Source: Promethearchaeia archaeon (GTDB lineage: Archaea > Asgardarchaeota > Lokiarchaeia > Sigyniarchaeales > SOKP01). Taken from it: a DNA stretch of 64,000 nt. The first letter of the stretch is position 1. Every line of letters begins with the position of its first letter. A program made the translations under genes and the position numbers. This document shows positions 18,399-29,201 of the stretch, piece by piece. The stretch is taken from positions 64,001 to 128,000 of the forward strand of contig JAHQWL010000040.1 of assembly GCA_029856155.1 (NCBI GenBank), in the 5' to 3' direction. Below the pieces are notes generated by a model. The model searched no databases. It was not told where the DNA came from and saw nothing but the letters and a program-made list of their open reading frames with translations.

Positions 18399-19226
18399 TT
18401 ATAAATCTAAATTGAGAACTTGATTCATAGAACCCGAGCGAAATCCTGCTAGATCTACCGTAACATAAATAAATCCAAGATTTCTTAACTTTTCTCTAAT
18501 TTTTTTCATATTTTGTTCAGTTAAGACTTTTGGGAGATCGCTTTGTAGAAATTCAATTCTCCCTAAATTGTTCTCATGTAATCTGACTCTCAACTGCTTT
18601 AAGTTGAATTTATTTTTTAGGAACCTCTCCGCTTCTCTTATCATCATTAATTTTTCTTCATTTATAATTTGCCCATATGGAATTCGAGAAGAGAAGCATG
18701 CCATTGATGGTTTAGATTGAACATATAAATTATAAAATCTGCAAATCTCTCTTATCTCATTCTTATTAATTTTGAAATCAATATATGGTGTAGATATTTT
18801 TAGCTCTTCTAGGGCTTGCATTCCAGGCCTATAATCCGAAAGATCATCAATGTTTGAACCATCTAATATTATATCAAAATGTTTTTTGTTTTTTATTTCA
18901 AGGATATCATTATATAATACAGTTTTACAAATATAGCATCTATTTGAAGGATTACATTGGAATTCTTCGTTTTTTAAGGGATCTCGTTCAAGGATCATAT
19001 GATTTATATCATAATTATTAGCAAATTGTATGGCCTCATTGATTTCTTCTTCAGGATAAAGAACTGAACTTTCAGTTATAAGAAGAGTGTCTCTAGCATA
19101 TTTTTTTGAGAGAAAGGCTAAAAGGGAACTATCAACACCCCCAGAAAAAGCTACTATTACCTTTTTTCCTTCCAAAAAAGATATGATATTCTTTAACTTT
19201 TTTTCTATTATATTAGGCAAATCCAT
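18399..19226 (-). CDS. larE: LarE-like ATP-dependent sulfur transferase (PP-loop)
   Basis: VAFSGGVDSS, NPSNRCYICK, DGSNIDDLSDYRPG, KPSMACFSSRIPYG, QLRVR, DLAGFRSGSMN. Confidence 0.88.
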   Translation of the reverse strand: MDLPNIIEKKLKNIISFLEGKKVIVAFSGGVDSSLLAFLSKKYARDTLLITESSVLYPEEEINEAIQFANNYDINHMILERDPLKNEEFQCNPSNRCYICKTVLYNDILEIKNKKHFDIILDGSNIDDLSDYRPGMQALEELKISTPYIDFKINKNEIREICRFYNLYVQSKPSMACFSSRIPYGQIINEEKLMMIREAERFLKNKFNLKQLRVRLHENNLGRIEFLQSDLPKVLTEQNMKKIREKLRNLGFIYVTVDLAGFRSGSMNQVLNLDL

Positions 19227-19412
19227 AATTAATTGTTATATTATTGAGGTTAATATCTAATAAAAGGAACCCAAGGTTTATAACTTCACAATTTTAATTG
19301 ATAAGAGTTTTAATAAAAATATTAATAATTTAGTATGAATCTTAAAAATAAAAGAATATACATGACGCTATTGCAATAAGCTTTATATATATAGAATATA
19401 ATAAGTTATAAT

Positions 19413-19550
19413 ATGGACAAAAAATGGTATATCTTAATTGGAATTATTATAGTAGTTATTATAATTATTATTGTTCTATTTGCTACCAAGGTTGTTTTGA
19501 TACCGGGTATAAACGACGGTGGTGGCGGTGGTGGTGGAATTTTTGGTTGA
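19413..19550 (+). CDS. 45-aa single-pass membrane microprotein with poly-Gly tail (below ORF-track cutoff)
   Basis: MDKKWYILIGIIIVVIIIIIVLFATKVVLIPGINDGGGGGGGIFG; TATA-like TTTATATA about 30 nt upstream; Gly run uses mixed synonymous codons. Confidence 0.65.
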   Translation: MDKKWYILIGIIIVVIIIIIVLFATKVVLIPGINDGGGGGGGIFG

Positions 19551-19598
19551 TAAAAGTAGATGATTATTAGATAATAGGAAAAAAAATTGATAAAGATA

Positions 19599-20888
19599 TC
19601 AATAAAAATCTGATTTAAATTTTTGAAGTTTACTTACTTTGTAAAAATTCCCAATCATGCTCCCTAATATCGCAATTATGATTCCGATTATTACCCAGAA
19701 ATATATAATATAAGCTAAATTATTGGTATCATATGGAATTTCAGTAATGAGTCTCCCTGAAAACAGAGAAATAGGAAATATCTCAGGATTGTTTAAAAGA
19801 ATTAATAATATTGGGATAAATGTTAATGAAAAAAGAGCTTCTAGTACTAACATCACTTGCTGTCCCGTATAATTCCTCACTCCAATAATTAAGCGAATTA
19901 AGTTAATTAATCCACCAATAACTATAAATAATCCAAATATCTTCAACCAATCCAAGAATTCTATCTTAAAAAGGCCTGGAATTTCAGCAAAAGGCTGAAT
20001 TATAATAATTAATCCAAAGATTAAACCCGCAATAGCTCCAAAAATTAATTCTCCTACTGTAACTGGCTGTTTTTTTCTTAATTCTCTTTTCATTTTGGCT
20101 GCTTCTTTTCTTTCCTCTCTACGTTGTTTAGCTCTTTCTAATTTTTCTTCTCTTCGCATTTTTGCTTCTAGTAGCTTTTGTTCTGTTCGTAATTGTGCCG
20201 TTGCTAGTTTTTCTTTTGTAACTGCTTTAATTTCAGCTAATTTTTCTTTTGTACGAATTCGGGCTCCTATAATAGTTTCTTTAGCTTTTTGTTTTGCTTC
20301 TTCTAATTTAATTTTTGTATATTCTCGAGTTTCTTGAAGTCCTTTTTCTGATATATGGAATGGGAATATTAAAGCCAATCGTGAAGGAATTACACCAAAA
20401 TCTTCGGGTAAAAATCCCTCCATAGAAAAATAAACAAATATGACTGTTATTACAAGAGCAGTAATCAAACAACCAATCCACATTCCTGAAAACATTTCTC
20501 CTAAGCTTATTAACCAATTTAAAGGTTGAAAAATAATCTTAAAAATTGAGACAATGATATTAATAGCAATGACAATTAGGAAGAAAAAAAGCATCGTTCT
20601 TATGTAAAAGTCAAAAATTTCTCCTGTTATATATAGTTTTGGTGTACCTCGGCTTTTGTATATTTTAGCAATACTTTCTGGAGTACCAATTTGTAAAAGT
20701 GCTTGCTGTATATCAAAATCAGATGGCTCACGTCCTTCAGCGATATTTCTTGCTTCATCTAGAATTTGAGTTTCTAAATCTTTTAAAATTTTATCAGTTT
20801 CTTCTTTTTTTAGTTTTAACCATTCAGGAAGTTTTTTATATACCTGAGTAAGATAGTTATTTATCATTTCATGCTCAGAATAGTTCAT
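19599..20888 (-). CDS. HAAS-domain membrane protein with internal coiled-coil insertion (paralog of 24306)
   Basis: INNYL..V.KKLPEWLK, IGTPESIAKIY..RGTPKLYIT, SMEGFLPEDF, multiple TM segments. Confidence 0.75.
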   Translation of the reverse strand: MNYSEHEMINNYLTQVYKKLPEWLKLKKEETDKILKDLETQILDEARNIAEGREPSDFDIQQALLQIGTPESIAKIYKSRGTPKLYITGEIFDFYIRTMLFFFLIVIAINIIVSIFKIIFQPLNWLISLGEMFSGMWIGCLITALVITVIFVYFSMEGFLPEDFGVIPSRLALIFPFHISEKGLQETREYTKIKLEEAKQKAKETIIGARIRTKEKLAEIKAVTKEKLATAQLRTEQKLLEAKMRREEKLERAKQRREERKEAAKMKRELRKKQPVTVGELIFGAIAGLIFGLIIIIQPFAEIPGLFKIEFLDWLKIFGLFIVIGGLINLIRLIIGVRNYTGQQVMLVLEALFSLTFIPILLILLNNPEIFPISLFSGRLITEIPYDTNNLAYIIYFWVIIGIIIAILGSMIGNFYKVSKLQKFKSDFY

Positions 20889-21023
20889 TTTAAATCCTCT
20901 AATTTTTAAATAAGATGATGAAAATTATGTTTTAACTAGTTTAAATCCTAGGTGTTTATTAAACTATTGGAGTCCATTTTTCAATAAGTAATCTCTAATT
21001 CAGGAAAAAGAAAAAAATCTGGT

Positions 21024-21803
21024 TTACCATTTAAAGTCAGGATTGAAAAAGAGAAGTGAATTTAACTTTTGTAAAGTAATGAAAACAATAACATAATACC
21101 ACGCAAGTGAGCTAAACATGAGTATCCACTCAAGAAACTGTCTTGTTAATGGTGCTGGGGATATTATGTATAAGATAGACGCAGTAGATGGTCCTAATAT
21201 CATGAAATACCCTACGACTTTCGGAAATATTCTTTTCCTTAATACAATTGCTAAACCCGTAAAAAATGCGCCGAAAGCAAATCCACCAAATGCTGATGTT
21301 GAGAAATAATAATGTAAATCAAATGGAGATCGTTCTAAACTAAATACTCCTACAAAAAACATACCAATAACACCAACAAGAAGACATACGACTCCTGTAT
21401 AACCAAATATTCTTCTAAATAAGATTGTATAATATTCCTTCTTTGAGTTGTCTAATTTATAATTTTGATGTGTACTATATAATCGACTTAAATTCAGAAT
21501 TAAAGGGACGATAAAGATTGCACTTAATATACATGTTAAGTCTAATATAAAGGGAGCGGGAGTATATATAAGAGATCCTAAATCACTTATCCAATTATAC
21601 CATACACTATATTCAAGAGAACCAAAATTAATTGCAACGATTAATCCCGTAATTAATCCTGGTAAAAATGTGATCAAACTAACATAAATTGAAATCTTAA
21701 CAATTTTTGGCTTAGTAAGCGTATCATATATATATTTACTGTTCTTTTTCATTTTTATGATAATCGGATCTATGAATTCCTTATATGAACTTTTTTGGCC
21801 CAT
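21024..21803 (-). CDS. DUF998/Frag1-like membrane protein
   Basis: YSVWYNWISDLGS, VGVFS, LHYYFS, FLEW; about 6 TM segments. Confidence 0.7.
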   Translation of the reverse strand: MGQKSSYKEFIDPIIIKMKKNSKYIYDTLTKPKIVKISIYVSLITFLPGLITGLIVAINFGSLEYSVWYNWISDLGSLIYTPAPFILDLTCILSAIFIVPLILNLSRLYSTHQNYKLDNSKKEYYTILFRRIFGYTGVVCLLVGVIGMFFVGVFSLERSPFDLHYYFSTSAFGGFAFGAFFTGLAIVLRKRIFPKVVGYFMILGPSTASILYIISPAPLTRQFLEWILMFSSLAWYYVIVFITLQKLNSLLFFNPDFKW

Positions 21804-22061
21804 ATTATAATACCCTTCTTATAATATTATTAACATTTTGTAAATTTAAAATTTATTCTACTCGGAAACTGAAATAAATTTTATCTTAACCCGTCTCCTT
21901 ATATATAAAATCAAATTACCGATATTTAATTGTTTTGATCTCCATAAACTAAATTGTTCTGATATTATTATTATTTAAAATTAGTATTGTATAAATAAAT
22001 ATATTAAATCATATACTGAATCTAAAGTAAGTTTCTCATATTAATAATTAATTGAAAGGCC

Positions 22062-23573
22062 TTAAGACTCAATTATTAGATTATTTTGTTTTGTTTCATT
22101 ATTATATTTAACCAAAAAAGTTTTTCCTACCAGTTCTTCTTTCTCTAGCTCTAAAAGAGTTTTTGAATCTGAGGGGAGCAGAGCAAAAGTACGTTCTCCA
22201 CTCTCTAACTTTCCCATTACGACACCCACTTCTGGGAAGCCCTTTCTGTTATATATTATTGAATATGCCTCTATTGTAAGATCTCCATTCGCTTTTTCAA
22301 TAGGTTCTGGCAGAATTTTCGCATTAATTTTTTGTTGTATATCATCATATTCATTTTCTTTCCAACCTATAGCAGGAGGTCTATTTCCATATATCCCAAT
22401 CGATTCTGATGTATTATATCCTCCATTTGCTAATATCATTATTTTCATCTTTGGATTTCTTTGAATTAATTCAATTGCAGAAACTATTGGATGCATTGAA
22501 TAACTACTGAAAGGTCCTCCAAAAAATGAAAGTCCTCCAGTTATTGTTAAATCACGTTGATCATCATCAGGAATTCCAATTTCTTGCCTAGCAATTTCAA
22601 CCATACAAGGAAAACAACTATAGAGATCAAAAGCATCTATATCCTCTAATTTTAGATCAGCTTGCTTTAATGCAAGTTGTGATGCTTTTCTTATTGCTGG
22701 TGAATCATATAACTGAGGACGTTGAGTCATATAAAAAATATTATGAAGATCAGCACCCCCCATTAGATAAACCCAAAATTTTCGATCAATCCCAAGATTT
22801 TGTGCAGTATTTTCATTTGTCATAATTATTGCTGCTGCTTGATCTACATAAAGGTTGGCAACCATACGTTTTGTATATGGATGACAAACTATGCGGTTAT
22901 CAGAACTAGGGGTAATTATTTCTTCTGCACTAAACTTATTTTGTATCCAAGCATAAGGATTTTGAGAAGCTATGCTAGAAAAACATTCATATCGCTTACC
23001 TATATGAACTGAGTGCTCTTTTAAACTTCTGCCGGAAGCAGCTCTTAGGGCAGTTTCGATCAGAGCATAGATATATGGGGGATTAGTAAGTTTATAACTG
23101 TTTTCAAACTTGCTTAGATAGAAAATAATTGCTTTCCGAGCTTTATTTGTTGCTTCTGGAGGTGGTTTTGGCCAATCCAAGATAATTTTATCCTTGTTAG
23201 CACGATATTTAGAATAAGATGCCTCTCCTCCGGCAATAAGAATAGCTTTACTTTCACCTAAAGAAATAGCTTTAGCAGCCTTATTGACTAATAATTGAGG
23301 TGTATTTCCACTTATAGGGGCGGTATAATATTGAACTGGTTTTATTCCAAGGAGTTGACTCAGTTTCCCTGGAGCATCCTCATAAATCCAACTAGAAATA
23401 GTTGACATATATATGGTGTCAATTATTTCTTTCAGACTATCTGCTTCTGAGATTATAAGGGCATTTTTACATGCTTTAGCAACTAAATTAAGTGGATCAA
23501 GCGGTATACGTTCATCTTTTTGTTGAGTAATTTGAGCGGCTCCAATGATAACAGGTGTATTTTTTTGATGCAT
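22062..23573 (-). CDS. Thiolase-like (acetyl-CoA acetyltransferase family) protein
   Basis: TPVIIGAAQ, GNTPQ, VDQAAAII, FDLYSCFP, LTITGGLSFFGGP..SYSMH, ANGG. Confidence 0.85.
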   Translation of the reverse strand: MHQKNTPVIIGAAQITQQKDERIPLDPLNLVAKACKNALIISEADSLKEIIDTIYMSTISSWIYEDAPGKLSQLLGIKPVQYYTAPISGNTPQLLVNKAAKAISLGESKAILIAGGEASYSKYRANKDKIILDWPKPPPEATNKARKAIIFYLSKFENSYKLTNPPYIYALIETALRAASGRSLKEHSVHIGKRYECFSSIASQNPYAWIQNKFSAEEIITPSSDNRIVCHPYTKRMVANLYVDQAAAIIMTNENTAQNLGIDRKFWVYLMGGADLHNIFYMTQRPQLYDSPAIRKASQLALKQADLKLEDIDAFDLYSCFPCMVEIARQEIGIPDDDQRDLTITGGLSFFGGPFSSYSMHPIVSAIELIQRNPKMKIMILANGGYNTSESIGIYGNRPPAIGWKENEYDDIQQKINAKILPEPIEKANGDLTIEAYSIIYNRKGFPEVGVVMGKLESGERTFALLPSDSKTLLELEKEELVGKTFLVKYNNETKQNNLIIES

Positions 23574-23680
23574 ATTTAGATTTAAGGGCTATTTCTAAAA
23601 ATTTAGGTTTTAATTAGTAAAAATTGGTGAAAATTTAAAGTTTTAAAAATTTTTACTTTGAAAAGAATAGTAAACTTTAA

Positions 23681-23715
23681 ATACTATACGTTGCATAGTA
23701 TCCATAGAATACTAT
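23681..23715. promoter_or_regulatory. Candidate PadR operator: ATACTAT-N7-ATAGTAT-N7-ATACTAT
   Basis: Three alternating perfect 7-mers overlapping TATA-like TTTAAATA (23676-23683), 40 nt upstream of padR. Confidence 0.65.
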
Positions 23716-23755
23716 ATTATTAAATAAATTAAAAATTAAACTAAAAATTGAAACA

Positions 23756-24313
23756 ATGGAGTTGAAAAATTTGATAAAACGTGTAAGAGAATTAGATTCA
23801 AATGCATTAATAGCTTCACAGGAGTTCAGAGATTATGTAGAAAGACAAGAAACTGAGATTAATAGAGGAATAAGTTCACTTTGTATATTATCAATAATTA
23901 TTCAAGCAGGTGAAGAAGGTTCACATGGGTATAAAATTCTGAAAAATTTAACAGACCAAACAAATGAAATGTTAGTTATAGAAGAAGGAACACTCTATCC
24001 TATATTAAGAAAGTTAGAAGTCGATAATATTATAAAATCTGAAAGAGAAGAATCAGGAAGAAGGAGAAAATTTTACAGAGTTACTGATTATGGTAAAAAA
24101 GTCTTTAATCACCTTGCTGGATTTTATAGTAAATTAACTGAAGCTATTGCACCTTTATATGATATAAGCATTAATTTAAAATCAGAAAAATATTTATTTT
24201 GTCCAATGTGTGCCAACAAAATCGAATTTTCAAATTTAGAAGTTAGGTTTTGTGATGTTTGTGGAAATAATATTGAAAAAGAATTAAAAGAAAGAGGTTT
24301 AAGAAATGAGTGA
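23756..24313 (+). CDS. PadR family regulator with C-terminal zinc ribbon
   Basis: HGYKILK.L...EEGTLYPILRKLE...RRRKFYRVT..G; CPMC...CDVC. Confidence 0.9.
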   Translation: MELKNLIKRVRELDSNALIASQEFRDYVERQETEINRGISSLCILSIIIQAGEEGSHGYKILKNLTDQTNEMLVIEEGTLYPILRKLEVDNIIKSEREESGRRRKFYRVTDYGKKVFNHLAGFYSKLTEAIAPLYDISINLKSEKYLFCPMCANKIEFSNLEVRFCDVCGNNIEKELKERGLRNE

Positions 24314-25361
24314 AAAAGAAATGACAAATTTAATAAAAGGATATTTAAAGGAAGTTAAATCAAAATTACCCGAATGGCTTAAAGATAAGAAGGAACATAA
24401 GGAAATCTTGGCTGAACTTGAAGAACATATAAGGAGTAAGGCAGAAGAGTTATCTGAAACGGGTCAACCTACATTGGGATCTGTTCAAATGGCAATTTCC
24501 CATATGGGGAGCCCACAAAACATTGCGAAGGAATATAAACGACGAGGAACTCCAAAAGTTTATATCACTAAGGAAATGTGGCCATCTTATCTCAAAGTAC
24601 TAGGAATTGTGTTTGCTGTAGTTATTGGAATTACACTTATCTCACAAATTGTAGATTTCATTTTTGGGAATGTTGATTTTTGGCAATTATTCGGAAATAT
24701 AATTCAGGGAATACAAATTGGATGCCTTTCAACCTTTGCGATAATTACTATAATTTTTGTAGCGTTATCGATGGAGGGTTATTTTCCTGAAGACTTTAAA
24801 TCAAAGAAAATTCGAGAGAAGGAAAAACAACAAATTGAATTAGCACGGGAACAAGGAATTCCGATTTCAGTAATAAAGAAAAGACCGGTAAAACCCTATA
24901 TTAAACCCATTGGAGTTATTATTGGTGGTGTAATCGCTATAATTGTAGGGATTTTCTTTATAGTACTACCAATTCCGGCTATAACAAGCTTGATTGAAGC
25001 GGAATTTCTATTATACCTACAATTCGCAGGTCTATTCATTTTAGTTGAAGGGATCTTGGATTTAAGCAGAGGATTAATAGGAAATAGGCAATTCTTTACT
25101 CATCAGATTCTTCATGGAATTACAATAGGTGTAAAACTCGCATCAATATCAGTAGTAATCTTCATGATGATGAGACCAGAGATATTTCCAATATTATTCG
25201 TTAACGAACCTGGGGACAACCTTATAAATATAGGAGTTGCTCCAGAATACTATGCTATTTTCAGAGGAATTGCCGGTGTAATTATAGCTGTAATAGTACT
25301 AACTACAATTGAAGACTTCTATAGAATTTATAAGGCTGAAAAATACAAATTTTTGAAATAA
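24306..25361 (+). CDS. HAAS-domain membrane protein (PadR partner)
   Basis: IKGYLKEVKSKLP..KEILAELEEHI..MGSPQNIAKEY, then TM helices; overlaps the padR stop. Confidence 0.8.
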   Translation: MSEKEMTNLIKGYLKEVKSKLPEWLKDKKEHKEILAELEEHIRSKAEELSETGQPTLGSVQMAISHMGSPQNIAKEYKRRGTPKVYITKEMWPSYLKVLGIVFAVVIGITLISQIVDFIFGNVDFWQLFGNIIQGIQIGCLSTFAIITIIFVALSMEGYFPEDFKSKKIREKEKQQIELAREQGIPISVIKKRPVKPYIKPIGVIIGGVIAIIVGIFFIVLPIPAITSLIEAEFLLYLQFAGLFILVEGILDLSRGLIGNRQFFTHQILHGITIGVKLASISVVIFMMMRPEIFPILFVNEPGDNLINIGVAPEYYAIFRGIAGVIIAVIVLTTIEDFYRIYKAEKYKFLK

Positions 25362-25454
25362 ATAATATTTTTTTTATTTTTTTTTATTTTCTCATTCTAT
25401 ACTATTTTAGGATTATTTTTGGTTAAATCCGTCTAAAAAAAAAAGGAGTTTTTT

Positions 25455-27698
25455 TTAATATGAAACGTGTGTTGCACTCATATTAACTAATCGTGGTAAA
25501 ATTATACAGGAAGGATAATCTGGACCCGTTAGCAGTGTATTATTCGCAATATTATATTTTAGATAATTGTTTGCTAAGGGCGCTCCTGTATTTGGGTTTG
25601 CCGCAAAGCGTGCATAATTGGAACTCGATATTGCCACACGTATTCTATTTCCTGGAGCGAATACATAAGCAGTAGACCAGCAATCAACTAATAATTCGTA
25701 AACATCTTTTTGGTCCCCTGTCATAAATACATCAGTAGTATAATTATATCTTGATCTAACGGTTAAGGACCCATCTGTTATTAACATCGAACGGCCATCT
25801 GGATAAACATCAGTTAATTTAACAGTGAAATCAGTATCGGTACAGTTAGAAGTTACGAATAAGTTACCCCAAATTCTTCCAACAATTTCAATAGATTCGT
25901 TTAATATAGATGTTTCAAAAATTAGTACATCTGCTCTATTTTCAATTGAACTCTGATCCATTGGGCCTTCGAGATCGAAGGGTTCATTTTGACCCCCTCT
26001 ATTTGGTACTGGATTTCGAGGATCATAGAGATAAGTGAAATTTTTATTTGTTGATGGATAAGAGCTATTGAGTAAACCACCTATAGATGTAAAATACCAT
26101 TTATCATTCACATAATCCAAAGGCCAATCATAAGCGTATCTCCAATAGTTCCACTCACTTGAAGGAGTATCAACGTCTCCCATTAAATAATACGCAACCC
26201 TAGCGCCATCCCAATTTGTAGATTTACCAAGGAGAGCGTAATCAAAAACTTCCTGTTCCCAACTGAATGCTAAATCAAACCCTATTGAATTTTTAGGATA
26301 CGTTAATTCACCCTGTTTTGTAGAATCAAACAAATTTACATGCGTCCATGGTCCCATTATTAACCTTTGTTTTCCACGAGCAGTAGGAGCTCCATAATCA
26401 TCATATCCAATATAACCATCGATTGTACCTTGAAGAAAGTGGTCATACCATCCCCCAACGTGAATTGCAGACACCGAGACGTTCGAATAGTGTGGTCCAG
26501 CTGATATCGATAAAGATGTAGAATTATATAATACCTCATTTTTTGGAAATAAACTAAACAATGTATCTATCTGATATTGGAAATTTTCAGGCGCGACACT
26601 TTCTATCCATGTTTCAGTCAATGATTTATGATAAGAACCCTGGTATATAGCGTGATCGAATAATTCTGGAGTACCAAACCATAATTGTTGTGCGACTAAT
26701 CCTTCAGGGGCCATTCCTGCATAAAAGTATTGATTAATACAAAGAGCAGAAGCACCAGCACTCGCTATTTTACCATTACTCCAACTTTGGTTTAGTATCC
26801 AATTAAGAGTATCAACACCATCTTGATATGATTTAGAAAATAGTAAGAATCTGTCTCCTCCTTCAGAATCATGTGTTCCCCTTAAATCTTGAATGACTAA
26901 GTGATAATCTTGCGTTGAGTAAAATGTTCTATAAATATCCATACCATTTTTTCCATAAGGAGTTCTAATTAGGATTACTGGCTTTGGTGTACCGAATGAA
27001 GCGGGAGCAAAATAAACATCGGTAGCTAATCTAACGCCATCTCTCATTTTAATCATATAAGTTTTTTTATCTGGAGGTTCATAAGCCGTAGATAGGGATA
27101 GAATTGCGGTTGGTGTTGCGATTAATATGGACATCAGTATAATTTGAACAGCTCTCGGAAATTTGTTAAAACTTCGTTTGTCATATTTTTCTATTAATTT
27201 AGAAAGAGAGAGGAAAGAATTTTTCATTCCATAGTGTAAATAAGCTAATAAACTTATTCCTACTGCCGCGATTGAATAGTAGTTTACTTCAATTAAAAGA
27301 AACCAAATAATTCCAATTAATGGAGCAAGAATATTGATTAGTTTTGCTATGATTTTCACTGGTTTTAAGCGAAAATTTTCTCCGATTTGTTTAATATAGT
27401 TGCTACTCACTAAAAGTGAATAAAAGCATATGAAAACGGTTATTGGGAAGTAGATCATTCCAAAAAGTACGATAGATATTTGTTTAATACTAAAGTAAAT
27501 TTTCTCATTTTTAGTGAATAACTTTACACCTTCTCCCAACTCTTTATTTCGATCCTTAAAATAATTGAAATAGTAAGTTACGATGTATAATCCGCGGAAA
27601 ATCAGCAATAAAATCAGATTAGAGATAAATATCTGTTCAAGATTTAGATACCCTAAAGTATAAAGTTGATAAAATATCATTATAATCCAATCAATCAT
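25455..27698 (-). CDS. CocE/NonD (peptidase S15) hydrolase with N-terminal membrane region
   Basis: MRDGVRLATDVY, RTPYGK, QDLRG..DSEG, WSNGKI..GAS, GGWYDHF, GPWTH, DTDFTVKLTDVYPDG. Confidence 0.9.
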   Translation of the reverse strand: MIDWIIMIFYQLYTLGYLNLEQIFISNLILLLIFRGLYIVTYYFNYFKDRNKELGEGVKLFTKNEKIYFSIKQISIVLFGMIYFPITVFICFYSLLVSSNYIKQIGENFRLKPVKIIAKLINILAPLIGIIWFLLIEVNYYSIAAVGISLLAYLHYGMKNSFLSLSKLIEKYDKRSFNKFPRAVQIILMSILIATPTAILSLSTAYEPPDKKTYMIKMRDGVRLATDVYFAPASFGTPKPVILIRTPYGKNGMDIYRTFYSTQDYHLVIQDLRGTHDSEGGDRFLLFSKSYQDGVDTLNWILNQSWSNGKIASAGASALCINQYFYAGMAPEGLVAQQLWFGTPELFDHAIYQGSYHKSLTETWIESVAPENFQYQIDTLFSLFPKNEVLYNSTSLSISAGPHYSNVSVSAIHVGGWYDHFLQGTIDGYIGYDDYGAPTARGKQRLIMGPWTHVNLFDSTKQGELTYPKNSIGFDLAFSWEQEVFDYALLGKSTNWDGARVAYYLMGDVDTPSSEWNYWRYAYDWPLDYVNDKWYFTSIGGLLNSSYPSTNKNFTYLYDPRNPVPNRGGQNEPFDLEGPMDQSSIENRADVLIFETSILNESIEIVGRIWGNLFVTSNCTDTDFTVKLTDVYPDGRSMLITDGSLTVRSRYNYTTDVFMTGDQKDVYELLVDCWSTAYVFAPGNRIRVAISSSNYARFAANPNTGAPLANNYLKYNIANNTLLTGPDYPSCIILPRLVNMSATHVSY

Positions 27699-27761
27699 AA
27701 ACTTAAATTTATACTAAGTTATTTATAAAATTATCTATAAGTTCTAGAGCGTCAAACAAAT

Positions 27762-29201
27762 ATGGGAAACAATATAGGAGATTCTATAGAGATTAATCAT
27801 CGAAGATCATTAGGTGTTCATTTAACTTCAAAAGATATTTTTATAAATTATATATTTCCTGAAATTCAAGATAAATTGTGGGAATATAAATGGATAGATT
27901 TGTTCGCTGGGGAAGGTAATTTAATTCTACCAATTTTAAATTCAATTTCCCCCAGCAAACGAATTCAATTTTTTAAAGATCACATTTATTTATATGATAT
28001 TCAACCAGTAATGGTAAAAAATTGTGTTATAAATGCTAAAAATTACGGTATCCCCTCAGAAGTAGCCAATAAAAATATCAATTTGAGAGATAATTTAGAG
28101 AGCTTCCCTGACTTTTTGAATAACACAAAATTTCCTGTATTTCATATAACAAACCCACCATATCTCTATTTAGGATATATACAAAAGCATAAAGAAACTC
28201 AAAAATACTTAGAATTTTTTAAAGGCAAAAATAATGGTTATCAAGATTTATATCAAATTGCTATGATAAACGATCTAAGAAATGAAATTACGAATTTGAT
28301 TTATATTATTCCATCGAATTTTTTATATGGTGCATCTGTTTCAAATAAATTTCGTAAAGATTTCCTTAAATATTATAATATAACAAAAATGACAATATTT
28401 GAAACAAAAGTGTTCGAATACACGGGGACAAACATCTGTATTGGTTTCTTCAAAAGGAAAAAAGCTCCTAAATCTGAAAATCTAAAATTTAAGGGTGTTA
28501 AAATTAAAAAAGAAAATGTTATACTCGAAAAAGAGTATGAACTTAAAACAGAATTTAATTATCGTGCTGGTTCTGAAATAGATGAGTTTCTTAAAAAATT
28601 TCTTGTTCAAAAACCCTTAAAAGTAAATTATTACCTATTAAAACAAGAAGTTCTGCAAAATGATGGAGATAATGAAATTACGGTCATAGACGCTAATAAT
28701 TATCAAAATAATAAATATCAGAAAATAATTCTCTTTATAAATGACGAGCTTAAAGAGAGAATCAGATCAAATATTTTATACGTTCGAACTGTCGATACAG
28801 GTTCTTATAAAGGTAGGGTTGGATTAGGAATAATTTCTGAGGATTTTAAAGTTGATGGAATTTATGTATCAGGGAACACTTATCGAACTCATCCAATCCA
28901 AGTATTTTTTGAACCTAAAATTACACCAGATGAACAGAAATTACTAAAAGATTATTTTAATTTTATTTTAGAATCTTTTAGGGAGAAATTAGACAGTGAG
29001 TTCCTTACAACCTATAAATATTCTGATGCAGAGTATACAAGAAAATATCTAGGTTTAACTCAAGTAAGAAAGTTAATTCAAACTTTTCCTTACAGTAAAT
29101 TAAATTATAATTTCAAGGAAAAATTAAAGGATTTAATTGTAAACAAAAATTTCAACAGTATTTTAGAATTGTTAAAAGCTAGCAAAGATAAAAGCAATTA
29201 A
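27762..29201 (+). CDS. N6-adenine DNA methyltransferase (orphan)
   Basis: LGVHLT, DLFAGEGNL (motif I), TNPPY (motif IV), DLYQ, YIIPSNFL. Confidence 0.8.
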   Translation: MGNNIGDSIEINHRRSLGVHLTSKDIFINYIFPEIQDKLWEYKWIDLFAGEGNLILPILNSISPSKRIQFFKDHIYLYDIQPVMVKNCVINAKNYGIPSEVANKNINLRDNLESFPDFLNNTKFPVFHITNPPYLYLGYIQKHKETQKYLEFFKGKNNGYQDLYQIAMINDLRNEITNLIYIIPSNFLYGASVSNKFRKDFLKYYNITKMTIFETKVFEYTGTNICIGFFKRKKAPKSENLKFKGVKIKKENVILEKEYELKTEFNYRAGSEIDEFLKKFLVQKPLKVNYYLLKQEVLQNDGDNEITVIDANNYQNNKYQKIILFINDELKERIRSNILYVRTVDTGSYKGRVGLGIISEDFKVDGIYVSGNTYRTHPIQVFFEPKITPDEQKLLKDYFNFILESFREKLDSEFLTTYKYSDAEYTRKYLGLTQVRKLIQTFPYSKLNYNFKEKLKDLIVNKNFNSILELLKASKDKSN

